From a virus, in IMG/VR virus record IMGVR_UViG_3300016472_000923: 64,000 nt of DNA; one strand, written 5' to 3'. The position numbers and the translations under genes are program-made. Below the pieces are notes generated by a model. It had not been told where the DNA came from. It saw only the letters and a list, made by a program, of their open reading frames with translations, and did no database searches. This document shows positions 1 to 9,241 of the stretch, piece after piece; within the stretch, counting starts at the first letter, position 1; every line of letters starts with the position of its first letter.

Positions 1-29
1 TTGCAAAGATTTTCCCCATCATCGATCCT

Positions 30-1358
30 TTAGTTAGAAGCTTCTTCCCATCCAAAATTATACAGCACATCACCGTTGTTTTGGGTATAGGCCACCACGA
101 GACTCAAGGTATCGCTCACACCATCAACATCGCGGCCCAACTGTAATCTGCGTCTGACATCCTCCGATATTTCTACTTCGTCTCGGCTAGAACTCAAACC
201 ACTGTAGACCATAGTACCGTCACCGACCTGGAATCTAGCTTCATTGGTCTGCACCACTGAATTTGTGACATTGGCCCATTGGGTGTTGGCTATGGCGTTG
301 CTGGCATTGAGTATCAATTGGAACTGACCATATCTCACATCGATGGGCAAGAGATCGATCTGTGATGGAACCACGGCAGCATCAGGATAGGCATTGCCCA
401 AACGGATGCTGGCTAGATTGAACTTGACATTACCTGTAGGTACCTTGTATGCAGTGGTTCCATTGGTCACATACTGCACCGTGGTCACGGGATTGTAACC
501 ACCTTCTGATATCACGGTGCTGCAGATCTGCCGCATGGTGGCAGCACCGGCCGTAGCAGCGGTATTGGTTATCTCGTATCTGCAGTTCAAGGTAGCCGTG
601 GTCATGTACACATTGGTGTTGCCGGCCTGGTTGGCATGATTGAACACATGGCAGATATAGAATACGCCGTTGATCACGAATCCCACTCGCACTGAACCCA
701 CGCCTAGCCATTCTATGTCAGTCCAGAAGATCTGTGTCAGCGTGGGATCTAGTGTGATACCCGAAGGCCCCGACCCATCCATGGGGTCTTGGTTCCAATC
801 GGCCTGGGCTATGCGGGTGTTGACCACAGACCCCGTGACCGAACTACGGATCACCATGTAGAGATCCGCACCATCGGCTTCGAAATATACACCATTGCCG
901 GAAGTGAAGTAGCCCACTCTCTGCCGGCAACCTGCTTGCAAGGTGCCCATGGCAAAGGTGTTCATGATCAAGAGGCTTTTGCCGGGCTGATAGACCTGCA
1001 CTGTGCGACACTGGCTGATCACAGAGTCGCCGTTGGCACCGGTCACGGCCATGGTGAACGAACTGGAGTTGGCATCATAGGTGAAAGCACCAGACCCAGC
1101 GGTTTTCTGGGCAAACTGATTGCCATTGAGATAACGGTTCTGGCTGTCAAACAGCGTGAAGGGCTGGGTTACTCGCAGACGGCCAAACGCATCAGTGCCG
1201 GTGTTGCCATTGATTACAGTGTTGCCATAGCCCGAGGAACCTGTGGACACCCGGATGATGGGCTGGCCAGCAGCATTATAGTCCATGGCCTGATGCAGGT
1301 CATTGAGCTGATAGTTGGGAAACGGATGCTGGTAGTCAGTGGGCCCTTGGATGCTCAT
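30..1358 (-). CDS. Conserved phage protein, probably virion-associated beta-sandwich protein
   Basis: 442-aa ORF; TDAFGRLRV..PFTLFDS and IDIEWLGVGSVRVGF-type segments resemble a common large-phage family; ATGA coupling to upstream gene. Confidence 0.6.
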   Translation of the reverse strand: MSIQGPTDYQHPFPNYQLNDLHQAMDYNAAGQPIIRVSTGSSGYGNTVINGNTGTDAFGRLRVTQPFTLFDSQNRYLNGNQFAQKTAGSGAFTYDANSSSFTMAVTGANGDSVISQCRTVQVYQPGKSLLIMNTFAMGTLQAGCRQRVGYFTSGNGVYFEADGADLYMVIRSSVTGSVVNTRIAQADWNQDPMDGSGPSGITLDPTLTQIFWTDIEWLGVGSVRVGFVINGVFYICHVFNHANQAGNTNVYMTTATLNCRYEITNTAATAGAATMRQICSTVISEGGYNPVTTVQYVTNGTTAYKVPTGNVKFNLASIRLGNAYPDAAVVPSQIDLLPIDVRYGQFQLILNASNAIANTQWANVTNSVVQTNEARFQVGDGTMVYSGLSSSRDEVEISEDVRRRLQLGRDVDGVSDTLSLVVAYTQNNGDVLYNFGWEEASN

Positions 1359-1729
1359 CTAGGATATCCCCGGAATGCTTTCACAGGACTTGTTGTACCT
1401 GTGTCTGCGGTCTCTTGACTATTTCGGGTTCCCACTAATTTTTTGCCGCCTTTGATGCCAGCCAATTTCAGGGCTCGATCAATGAGTTCATCTTCGTTTT
1501 CCAAACTCGAGATCACAGCATATTCTCCAAATGCGCCTTCCTCTGCAAATTCCGGAAGATTAGCAGGAACATCGCCTGCGCGGGCGCGGGCCAATGCCAG
1601 TCCAAATCTGTAGGTTTTATAAGGATCTTGGCTGGTGAGCCCAGGAATCACATAGGTGTTGGCCAATGCGCTCTGCTGACTGGGATCTAGTTTTCCCATT
1701 TGCTCGGTTATGAATTCTCTGGCTCGCAT
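1355..1729 (-). CDS. MRAxEF/GYPR paralog C, putative internal head protein
   Basis: Begins MRAREFITE and ends TSPVKAFRGYPR; paralogous to 2487-2885 and 3763-4143. Confidence 0.7.
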   Translation of the reverse strand: MRAREFITEQMGKLDPSQQSALANTYVIPGLTSQDPYKTYRFGLALARARAGDVPANLPEFAEEGAFGEYAVISSLENEDELIDRALKLAGIKGGKKLVGTRNSQETADTGTTSPVKAFRGYPR

Positions 1730-1739
1730 AATATAATAC

Positions 1740-2474
1740 TTATACCTTTTGCTGGATCTGATCAGCCCAAGCCGTGGTACTGAGCCAGCGTTGATAGATC
1801 GAATCTGCTGTGCGTTGATGCTGTGCCAAATATGGCTCTATGCCTGAGATTATGCCTGTGCTGTCCTGAACTGTGTCGTACTGTGTTCTTGCCTCTGCCC
1901 ATAGTGGATCCTCGTCATGGGCCCAGGCTTGTGCTTTGTCCGCATCCATCTCGATATGGAACTGCATGGCTAGATGTGGTCCCATGCTCCAGGCTTGATT
2001 GGGACAAGCAGGGCTAGATGCCAACTTTGTTGCGCCTGGGGGCAAGTCAAACGCTTCATAGTGCCACTGTATCACCACAGGAGTGGGATCGTCTCCAAAC
2101 CAATCTTTCACAGCAGGATCATCAGTGTAGGTTATAGGCTGCCAACCTATCTCAGGCCTAGGACTGGTTTTGATTTCGGCACCCAACGCACGGCTCATGA
2201 GTTGTCCTCCCAAACAGTGTCCTATCACGGGGATATCATTGAGGACGGCCTGCAGAATCAGGATCTCTGCCTGACGGTTGCTGAGCAAGGGATCGTTTGA
2301 ACTCATACCACCGCCCATCACAGCCAGTGCCGAGAATGGCTCTATGCTGGAAGGAAATTCTTCGCCGTCACCAGCATTGCGGATTTCATAATGGATGCCT
2401 TTGCGATCCAACCAGGTACGGAGATAAGCTGCTCGTTCAGGAGTTTGATGCTGGAGGATCAGTACGGGCTTCAC
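1740..2474 (-). CDS. Class I glutamine amidotransferase-like protein (stand-alone GATase1 / gamma-glutamyl hydrolase)
   Basis: MGGGMSSND, PVIGHCLGGQL (nucleophile Cys), EIGW, QWH, QFHIE (His-x-Glu); triad intact. Confidence 0.88.
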   Translation of the reverse strand: MKPVLILQHQTPERAAYLRTWLDRKGIHYEIRNAGDGEEFPSSIEPFSALAVMGGGMSSNDPLLSNRQAEILILQAVLNDIPVIGHCLGGQLMSRALGAEIKTSPRPEIGWQPITYTDDPAVKDWFGDDPTPVVIQWHYEAFDLPPGATKLASSPACPNQAWSMGPHLAMQFHIEMDADKAQAWAHDEDPLWAEARTQYDTVQDSTGIISGIEPYLAQHQRTADSIYQRWLSTTAWADQIQQKV

Positions 2475-2486
2475 AGTTGAGCCCGA

Positions 2487-2885
2487 TTAGCGAGGATAAC
2501 CTTTGAAACCTCGGACAGGACTGGTCTTCTGCACCCAGTCGGCTTCGGTGCTGCGATTGTCGGTGATCTTTCGCACTTCGCCAGCACCCACCATGCGTGC
2601 TGCTGCATTCACTATCTCTAGATCTGCATCACTGTAAGTTGCAAGTAGTGGGTCGCCAGCAAAAGCACCAGCGGGTTCTGTCATGTGATCAGGAGCGCCA
2701 GCCATGGCTATGCCAAAACGCCATTGGGTGTAGGGACTGCCGCCTTGCTTGTTTTGGCTGATGTCGGGCATGCTGATCAAGCCCTTCATGGCAGATCTCT
2801 GCGATTTAGGCAGTTTTTTGGCATTGGCAGGCACATCTTCTGCAGCGCCAAATCGGGCTTCGTTAATAAATTCGCGTGCTCGCAT
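2487..2885 (-). CDS. MRAxEF/GYPR paralog B, putative internal head protein
   Basis: Start reassigned to ATG 2885, which overlaps the upstream stop (TGATG); MRAREFINE...TSPVRGFKGYPR. Confidence 0.7.
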   Translation of the reverse strand: MRAREFINEARFGAAEDVPANAKKLPKSQRSAMKGLISMPDISQNKQGGSPYTQWRFGIAMAGAPDHMTEPAGAFAGDPLLATYSDADLEIVNAAARMVGAGEVRKITDNRSTEADWVQKTSPVRGFKGYPR

Positions 2886-3760
2886 CACTGATCTTTCATT
2901 TTCATCTGGGCAAACGGAGGATCTCCCTGCACATTCTGCCATAGTTCACGATTACCTAATATCTCTACCCATACATTGGTGTGGGGTTTGTTAAGCCGCC
3001 AAAAGTCAAAATCTATGTGACTGCTGACTGGTCGGCAATACAATGTGCGTTCTTTGGGCACACATAGTTGCTGACTAGTTGTACGCATTTTCTTCCTAGC
3101 AGTGCTATACCTCATGATATTTAGTTGTGGGTGGTTGATGTAAACTTGACACATGCCATCTACTAGATCCTGTGGTCGTTTGGCTGCTTCAACCAACGCT
3201 TGAGCTTGTGCTAGTCGACTTTCACTGCTGATCCTGCCCAGCGTCTCGCTTTCGTCGTTGAGATTGCGTTGATAGCCAGCATCTTTGATCCAAAGGCCGT
3301 GATTGCTGCGAGCCACTGTGTCGCTGGGATCAATCTTTTTGACCACATAGCGATATGGTGCGGTACCATCATCGTCCGTGGCTTCAATGAGATAGCAGTC
3401 GTCTTGATTGAATACCATGGTACATCCGCCCAACTCACGCTCGATCAGCAATTTCACAGCATCTTGGGGATCGCGAAACAACAAAGCCCGGGCTATGATC
3501 CTGCCATCGGGGCTAGAGTCTGCTGTGCCGGCTTCTACTTCAGTCTCATCGTCATAGACATCAAGGCTGGTGTTGAGTATGCTGAGTCCAGTGCTGTTGA
3601 TACCTTCTTTGTAGCCAGTGACTTGATCATGCATCATCATGCGATTGATGTTGTGGCTGTTGTCTTCAATGAAATCCAGTGTAGGAGTATAATTTCTATC
3701 GCGGTTCTTGGCACCGGCCCATCCTATGCCAGGAAAGTACTTGGCGACGATGATGCACAT
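2885..3760 (-). CDS. N-terminal nucleophile (Ntn) hydrolase, NRDE/TANGO2- or C45-like
   Basis: Cys2 after Met (MCIIVA), KNRDR, EGINSTGL, RSNH motifs. Confidence 0.75.
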   Translation of the reverse strand: MCIIVAKYFPGIGWAGAKNRDRNYTPTLDFIEDNSHNINRMMMHDQVTGYKEGINSTGLSILNTSLDVYDDETEVEAGTADSSPDGRIIARALLFRDPQDAVKLLIERELGGCTMVFNQDDCYLIEATDDDGTAPYRYVVKKIDPSDTVARSNHGLWIKDAGYQRNLNDESETLGRISSESRLAQAQALVEAAKRPQDLVDGMCQVYINHPQLNIMRYSTARKKMRTTSQQLCVPKERTLYCRPVSSHIDFDFWRLNKPHTNVWVEILGNRELWQNVQGDPPFAQMKMKDQ

Positions 3761-3762
3761 GG

Positions 3763-4143
3763 CTATCTGGGATAACCGCGGAAAGGTTTTACGGGACTGG
3801 TAGCGTTGGTACCGTTGGGCTCAAGGCTGCCCGGACCGATGGTCTCTTGTGGCTTCATGCCCAGTTTTTTAAGTATGGCTTTGAGTTTGATTCTGTCAGC
3901 ATCGGTATAGGCCGAAAACGCTGGCAGATTACCAAAGAAACTGATGGTGTCAACCTTGTCTAGTTCTTCGGGATCCATGCCAGCTAGTGTGGCTACTCGA
4001 TAGAAGTCATAGTAGCGACCCCAGTAGGTGTCACCATTGCCGCCAGGGCCAATCATGCCCGGATGTGCCATCTCAAATTCGTGGCGAGCGTCGGCCCTTT
4101 GACCTTGACGCTTGCCTTCGGTGACAAACTCCTTGGCTCGCAT
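3763..4143 (-). CDS. MRAxEF/GYPR paralog A, putative internal head protein
   Basis: MRAKEFVTE...TSPVKPFRGYPR. Confidence 0.7.
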   Translation of the reverse strand: MRAKEFVTEGKRQGQRADARHEFEMAHPGMIGPGGNGDTYWGRYYDFYRVATLAGMDPEELDKVDTISFFGNLPAFSAYTDADRIKLKAILKKLGMKPQETIGPGSLEPNGTNATSPVKPFRGYPR

Positions 4144-4152
4144 ACGAATATT

Positions 4153-4437
4153 TTAGCTGGGCTGCCGTACTGCTCGACTACCGCTGGTCTGGGTACCTAT
4201 TTCTTGGGCGGTAAAATTAGAACCTATGATGGTTAGTTGATTACCCACTCCCACCCAGACATCTGAAGCTGTATAAGCAGGAATAGATGATGCATTGCTG
4301 AAAATATTGCCTGTGGTTGGTGTTCCAGTTATCATGTTGACATTGTAAGTGACGGCTGTGTTACCAGTTGAGATCCTGCACTTGTCGGTGGTCCAGGCCA
4401 GAGCCGAAACTGAAGTATAGACATTTGCTTGAGACAT
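4153..4437 (-). CDS. Small hypothetical protein, probably structural
   Basis: 94-aa Thr/Ser/Asn-rich ORF with AAGGA SD, inside the operon. Confidence 0.6.
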   Translation of the reverse strand: MSQANVYTSVSALAWTTDKCRISTGNTAVTYNVNMITGTPTTGNIFSNASSIPAYTASDVWVGVGNQLTIIGSNFTAQEIGTQTSGSRAVRQPS

Positions 4438-4452
4438 TATAATTTTCCTTGT

Positions 4453-5547
4453 TTACCAAGCCCGGCACGACCAGTAGCGTGCTTTGGTCCTTGGTCCTGG
4501 ATTGTCGCAGCGATGCCGGGCACGGAAACTACGCCGTCTCGCTGGGTCACTTTTTTTGATCTTCATGGTCTTCTGACCAGCACGTTTGGCCGAAGTACCG
4601 CCGTGACCAAAGTTTACTTTTTTCACATTACCAGTTTTGGGATCTTTGACATAGACTTTGAACTTCTTGACATCGCCACGCATGGGCTTGCCCAGAGGTA
4701 CTTTGCGACCACGATATTCGGCTTCGCCGATGGGATCTTCTTCACTGGTAGTATCATTGTCCACTCCGGTCTCTTGATAGCCGGTTTCTTGTTGGGTAGG
4801 ATCTTCGTCAATTGTGGTTACTTTATCAGTATCTCCGTCGGCGCCCACAGGAGCCAGTGCTGCAGCTTTTGCTGCCAACGGATCGGTGGTATTGGCTTCT
4901 TCTTCCATGCGTGTGCAGCCAGCCAATTCCAACATGCGGCTCATGAAATCTTCCGCTACAGGTTCTGCGGGTTCAGCCGGTGTGTCAATGTCACCATCAC
5001 CATAGTCGTCAACGATCTGATCCATCATGATCTCTAGGATGTCTTCCTGCTGATCGTCGGGGTGAAGCCGATTGTGTTGTGCTACCTTGGCAAACATGTT
5101 TTCGAGATAGGACTGAGTGGCCTGGCCCATCTTACCGTTGAAAGCATCATACAGCATGTCAAAGTCTTCGCTGCTGGCGATGTTTTGCAGGTCGATGTCA
5201 ATCTCGCTCATCACACCTTCGTCCAATTCTTCTTCTCGCTCGTCGCGTCCAGCACCGTAATCTTTGGTTTGTGGGTGAGTGTTAGGATCAACATCACTGT
5301 CTTCGTTGGTAAATCCCATAGCACGACTGTTGCCCACGGCACCATAACGAGCAATGTCTTCAACGATTTCGCAGCCAAAAGATTCAAGCAAGGCTGTCAC
5401 AGCATCGTCGCCGTAGATAGTCACAGAATCCTTTGAGGCTTCTAGCACATAGCTTTCTAAAAGACTGTCTGGTGCCAGTTCTATATCCAACTCGTCACCG
5501 GGCTGGATGTTTTCAACAAGATCGATATAATGTTTTAGTCCCGGCAT
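4453..5547 (-). CDS. Acidic protein with a basic C-terminal domain (RARH-C...YWSC), putative head/core protein
   Basis: Very acidic body; C-terminal EYRGRKV...KVNFG...RRRSFRARHRC...ARYWSCRAW, a domain seen in many phages. Confidence 0.65.
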   Translation of the reverse strand: MPGLKHYIDLVENIQPGDELDIELAPDSLLESYVLEASKDSVTIYGDDAVTALLESFGCEIVEDIARYGAVGNSRAMGFTNEDSDVDPNTHPQTKDYGAGRDEREEELDEGVMSEIDIDLQNIASSEDFDMLYDAFNGKMGQATQSYLENMFAKVAQHNRLHPDDQQEDILEIMMDQIVDDYGDGDIDTPAEPAEPVAEDFMSRMLELAGCTRMEEEANTTDPLAAKAAALAPVGADGDTDKVTTIDEDPTQQETGYQETGVDNDTTSEEDPIGEAEYRGRKVPLGKPMRGDVKKFKVYVKDPKTGNVKKVNFGHGGTSAKRAGQKTMKIKKSDPARRRSFRARHRCDNPGPRTKARYWSCRAW

Positions 5548-7265
5548 TATTTGTTCCCGTAGCGTTGATAGAGAGCCCAGAGGCTTTGCTCTTTGGCTTC
5601 GGCCAGTTCTGGTGCATGGATGGCACCCTGACGACCAGGATCGCGATTGAACGGTGCGCCTGTGGTTTGACCTGTGTTTTTGCGACCGTTTAGTCCGCCA
5701 CTTAAATCATTGACCATAGTGTCTGTGTCGTATGTCTGCTCTTCGGGACTGTTAGCTAAATCGCCTTCTTCTAGGCTTTCTTCACAACCACAGGGTATAT
5801 GCCCGCATGTGGGACAGGCTTCTTCGTAACCATGGGAGGATTCCATGCCAGCCAGTTTGAGGATCTGTGCCAGTTTGACAGCATCATCTTCTGTGGCGTT
5901 GACGCTCAGGCTCTTCTCGCCATTCTCGCCCATGCTCATGTTGATGCTCATACCTTCGTTCAGCACTGTTTTGAGCTTGTTGTCAAAACTTTCTGCGATG
6001 GCGCCTTCATAAACACCTTTGCCAAAAATGCCTTTGGATTTGCCGCCAGCAGGGGCAGTGGCTACACTACCGGCTACTGTGGTTTCTTCCACTTCTTCTT
6101 TGTCTTCGTCTTTGGCTTCAGCAGTCTTCTTGGCCTGTTTGGTAGCAGTGGCATACATCACGGCCTCGCCGCGATCGCCATAACGCTTTTCAAATCCAGC
6201 CTTGTCTTTCTTCATCGACTTGACGATCTCTTCACGCTTTTTCATCTCAGATTTGGTGAGTTCACGCTCGGGGATTACTTCTTCGTCGCCAGTGACTTCC
6301 ACATCCATCTCTTCTTCGCCTTCGGGGCGATTGGCTTTGAGGTAATCGCGAGCACTATCGATATACTCTTGAGCGATAGCGATCTTTTTCTGTACCCACT
6401 CAGGCAGATTCTCGTCGGCATCTAGGATGTCTTGCAGTTCTTTGGCAGCGTCTTCAATGGTACGAGCTTGACTCATGGCCATCTCGCCTTCTTCATCGTA
6501 CTCGTCCTTGTCGTAGTCTTCTTCCAGTTCTTCTTTGCGGACATTGGTCTTGCCACGGGCACCCATCTTCTTACCTGTGCCTTTGGGACGACCACGACCA
6601 CGCTTGACCACTCCACCTTCGTCGTCTACTTCATCATTGCGATCCACGGGTTCCAGTGTTGTGACACGACGGCGTCCATCGATGTCTTGGAACCGCTTGC
6701 GGCTACCATCTCGGAATGTCACCGTGTAGTCATCTTCACGACCATCTACATCTGCACCTATTTTACGATACATCATTTTCTTGTCAAAGAAATCAACGAA
6801 GCTTTCTTCGATCTGGCTTTCATTCATCTGTGCTTTTTCATCACTGGTGTCACCAGTGACTTTGTAGGTTTTTCCGTCGATAGAAAATGTAGGTTTGCCA
6901 GCTCGGATGGCATCCAACCGAGCTTTGGTAAAGTCGTTGCCTTCTTCCATGTCTTCTTCTTTGATCTTGCCCCACTTGCCACCGTGTGCTTGTTTAGCAC
7001 GGATAGCAAAATTGAGTTCAGCGGTCTTGCCTTTGAGTTCGTCGGGCACCTTCTCGCCACGCTCACGATACTTTTCTGTCTTGTCAAGATTTGCTTTCTT
7101 CATGGCCTTGAGATCGCCGATGTCTTTGCCTTTGTATTTGCCACGCTCAGCAGGATTTGTCTTGATGGGAGGTTCAATCTTTTCAGCCACCTGCTCAACG
7201 CTTTCGTTGAGATTTTTCTTCTCAACTGAGTTGAGTTTAGCGAGGATGTCGTACATGTTGTTCAT
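5547..7265 (-). CDS. Modular charged prohead-core/internal protein with an AT-hook
   Basis: 572 aa, E/K-rich; KRGRGRPKG; LPEWVQKKI and YATATKQAK modules separated by acidic linkers. Confidence 0.6.
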   Translation of the reverse strand: MNNMYDILAKLNSVEKKNLNESVEQVAEKIEPPIKTNPAERGKYKGKDIGDLKAMKKANLDKTEKYRERGEKVPDELKGKTAELNFAIRAKQAHGGKWGKIKEEDMEEGNDFTKARLDAIRAGKPTFSIDGKTYKVTGDTSDEKAQMNESQIEESFVDFFDKKMMYRKIGADVDGREDDYTVTFRDGSRKRFQDIDGRRRVTTLEPVDRNDEVDDEGGVVKRGRGRPKGTGKKMGARGKTNVRKEELEEDYDKDEYDEEGEMAMSQARTIEDAAKELQDILDADENLPEWVQKKIAIAQEYIDSARDYLKANRPEGEEEMDVEVTGDEEVIPERELTKSEMKKREEIVKSMKKDKAGFEKRYGDRGEAVMYATATKQAKKTAEAKDEDKEEVEETTVAGSVATAPAGGKSKGIFGKGVYEGAIAESFDNKLKTVLNEGMSINMSMGENGEKSLSVNATEDDAVKLAQILKLAGMESSHGYEEACPTCGHIPCGCEESLEEGDLANSPEEQTYDTDTMVNDLSGGLNGRKNTGQTTGAPFNRDPGRQGAIHAPELAEAKEQSLWALYQRYGNK

Positions 7266-7275
7266 TGCTATTTCC

Positions 7276-7878
7276 TTATCGGCGGAAGCCAGTGGCTGGT
7301 TTGGGAGGACGCTTGATCGTAGTCATGGGACTCTTCACACCCATTGGCAGATCGTTGGTGGTTTCAGCGGCTGGTGTCTTGCCTCCAGCTACTGTGAATT
7401 TTGCTGCTTCTGCGGAGTTCTTGACCACAGCATGGTCTTTGCCTACAGCAGAATAGTCTTTCTTGAGATCTCGCTGTTCTTTGGTATCAGCAGGATAGTC
7501 GGACTGCAACAGCGGCGAACCTTGTTCTTCGATACCCAACAACTCACGATCCATGCCTTCTTGCCAATGCAGTTCATTGATGGCCATACGGTTCTCGCTC
7601 ACGCCCAAGAGTTCCACTATCTGGGCCACCTGTTGGCGGTTGGCTGGGTAACGCAAGATCACATCCATCATGGTAACACGCTCGTTGGGATAGTTTTCAA
7701 AGCCCTCGGGCTTGCTCAACACTGGTGTGGTCTTGACATCGCTGACGCTCTTGGGATCAAACTTTTTCATTTGTTCTTTGAACGCGGCCATGAAGCCATC
7801 GGGCAGGTCACCCACGAATTTGATGCGATAATCAAAGGTTTTTTCGCTCTCGGCGAGGTATGTAGCAAAGTTTTTCAT
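7276..7878 (-). CDS. Conserved hypothetical head-associated protein
   Basis: Starts MKNFATYLAE (similar to a T4 capsid-targeting sequence); late promoter at 7897-7902. Confidence 0.6.
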   Translation of the reverse strand: MKNFATYLAESEKTFDYRIKFVGDLPDGFMAAFKEQMKKFDPKSVSDVKTTPVLSKPEGFENYPNERVTMMDVILRYPANRQQVAQIVELLGVSENRMAINELHWQEGMDRELLGIEEQGSPLLQSDYPADTKEQRDLKKDYSAVGKDHAVVKNSAEAAKFTVAGGKTPAAETTNDLPMGVKSPMTTIKRPPKPATGFRR

Positions 7879-7899
7879 ATCAGGATCCTATGGATATAT

Positions 7900-8427
7900 T
7901 TAGCGTTTCGTGTCTTTTGACGGTTCCGTGGTAGATTTGCCCAAGAGATGATTCAAGAGCTCGTTGCGATCCAACACATGGCCTTGTGCTGTGGGCAGAG
8001 ACAGGTTGTCTTGTCCACCTTCTCTGTCCAACTTGACCTTTTTCATCTGCATGTCGATCATCTTGAGTTTTTTGTTCATCTTCGCGGTCTTGGCCGTGAT
8101 AGCATGTCCCAGCATGGTTCCGGCCACGGCAAATATTTCTGATGCATAACGGCTGTCAACTTGCATGCCAAGATTCATTAGATCATCAAAGCTCTCCTGG
8201 GCACGCCGTGCCAGGTCGTCCATCTCTTGATCGCTGGACTCTAGCCCCTGGACTGCTGGGAGGGCTGCTTCGATCTTGTCAAGAGACGCCAGAGTTTCTG
8301 GCAGGATGGGCAGTTGCGCCGCATCACTCGCAGCCTGTTGATCAGTGTCGTTGGGTTGCTCATCGTTTTCTCCCGATGCTGGCAGATCGAATAATTCTTC
8401 CAGTCTTTGATTCTGCGGTAAAGTCAT
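7900..8427 (-). CDS. Possible terminase small subunit (gp16-like)
   Basis: 175-aa helical protein with a layout resembling T4 gp16; late promoter; weak similarity only. Confidence 0.4.
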   Translation of the reverse strand: MTLPQNQRLEELFDLPASGENDEQPNDTDQQAASDAAQLPILPETLASLDKIEAALPAVQGLESSDQEMDDLARRAQESFDDLMNLGMQVDSRYASEIFAVAGTMLGHAITAKTAKMNKKLKMIDMQMKKVKLDREGGQDNLSLPTAQGHVLDRNELLNHLLGKSTTEPSKDTKR

Positions 8428-8442
8428 ACCGATATTTACCGG

Positions 8443-8874
8443 TTATTTTTTACCATTTCTGAATAACTGGTCTTCTGTGATCACACGGAAGGTCAGACCT
8501 TGCCTGCGACACCATTTGGTGGCAGCGTCCCATTTGCAGTAATTGACAGCGACCACGGCTCGGTCTCTATTAGACGCCTTGCTTTCGATGATGCTTTGTT
8601 TTTTGGGTTTGATCTCGACCAGTTCGGCCCGTTGGCGCCCGTTCTTGTCAGCATAGACCACCAAAAAGTCAGGTATGTAGTTGGTCATGCGACCAGTGAA
8701 GGGATGGCGATATGGAATAGAGATTGATTCTGATGCCCACTGCAGGATGTGCTTGTTGTTGTCACAGAATTGCATGAAGGCCAACTCCCATCCCGATCGA
8801 TACCTTGGAAGACCTTTGCCCACATATTTGTCTGTGTTAATGGGACGGAACACACCCTGCGCAAACTTGCTCAT
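8443..8874 (-). CDS. gp4: Head completion nuclease, T4 gp4-like (TnsA-like)
   Basis: YRSGWE..FM.FCD.N..I.QWASE..IPY, YIPDF, VEIKP. Confidence 0.88.
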   Translation of the reverse strand: MSKFAQGVFRPINTDKYVGKGLPRYRSGWELAFMQFCDNNKHILQWASESISIPYRHPFTGRMTNYIPDFLVVYADKNGRQRAELVEIKPKKQSIIESKASNRDRAVVAVNYCKWDAATKWCRRQGLTFRVITEDQLFRNGKK

Positions 8875-9239
8875 GGTAACACATTGCGAGCGGCCCAGAC
8901 ATTGGGTTGCACAGGATTGTTCACGCCCAATAGCGTGGTTGGGCTGCGCAGGCCATTGAGATAATAAGCCAGGGTGTTGGTGATTTGTATCTGATTCTGG
9001 TCCTGCATCTGCTCAACGAGGTCCAGCACAGGCACACCTGTCTGGTCGCTGATGCGGAACAGCACCGAAGTAAAACTGTCCGCTGCATCTGCTGTGTCAA
9101 ACACAGACAAGAAAAAACTGTTGACCACATCGTACTCGTTGGCATCCACATCTACGGCAAACTCATAGAATTCGTCAAAAACTCTCACAGTGAGATCAAC
9201 AGCAGGATTTAATGTGTTAACGGAATTCTGTCCAGGCAT
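8871..9239 (-). CDS. Hypothetical protein
   Basis: 122-aa ORF coupled between tail genes. Confidence 0.65.
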   Translation of the reverse strand: MPGQNSVNTLNPAVDLTVRVFDEFYEFAVDVDANEYDVVNSFFLSVFDTADAADSFTSVLFRISDQTGVPVLDLVEQMQDQNQIQITNTLAYYLNGLRSPTTLLGVNNPVQPNVWAARNVLP

Positions 9240-9241
9240 GA

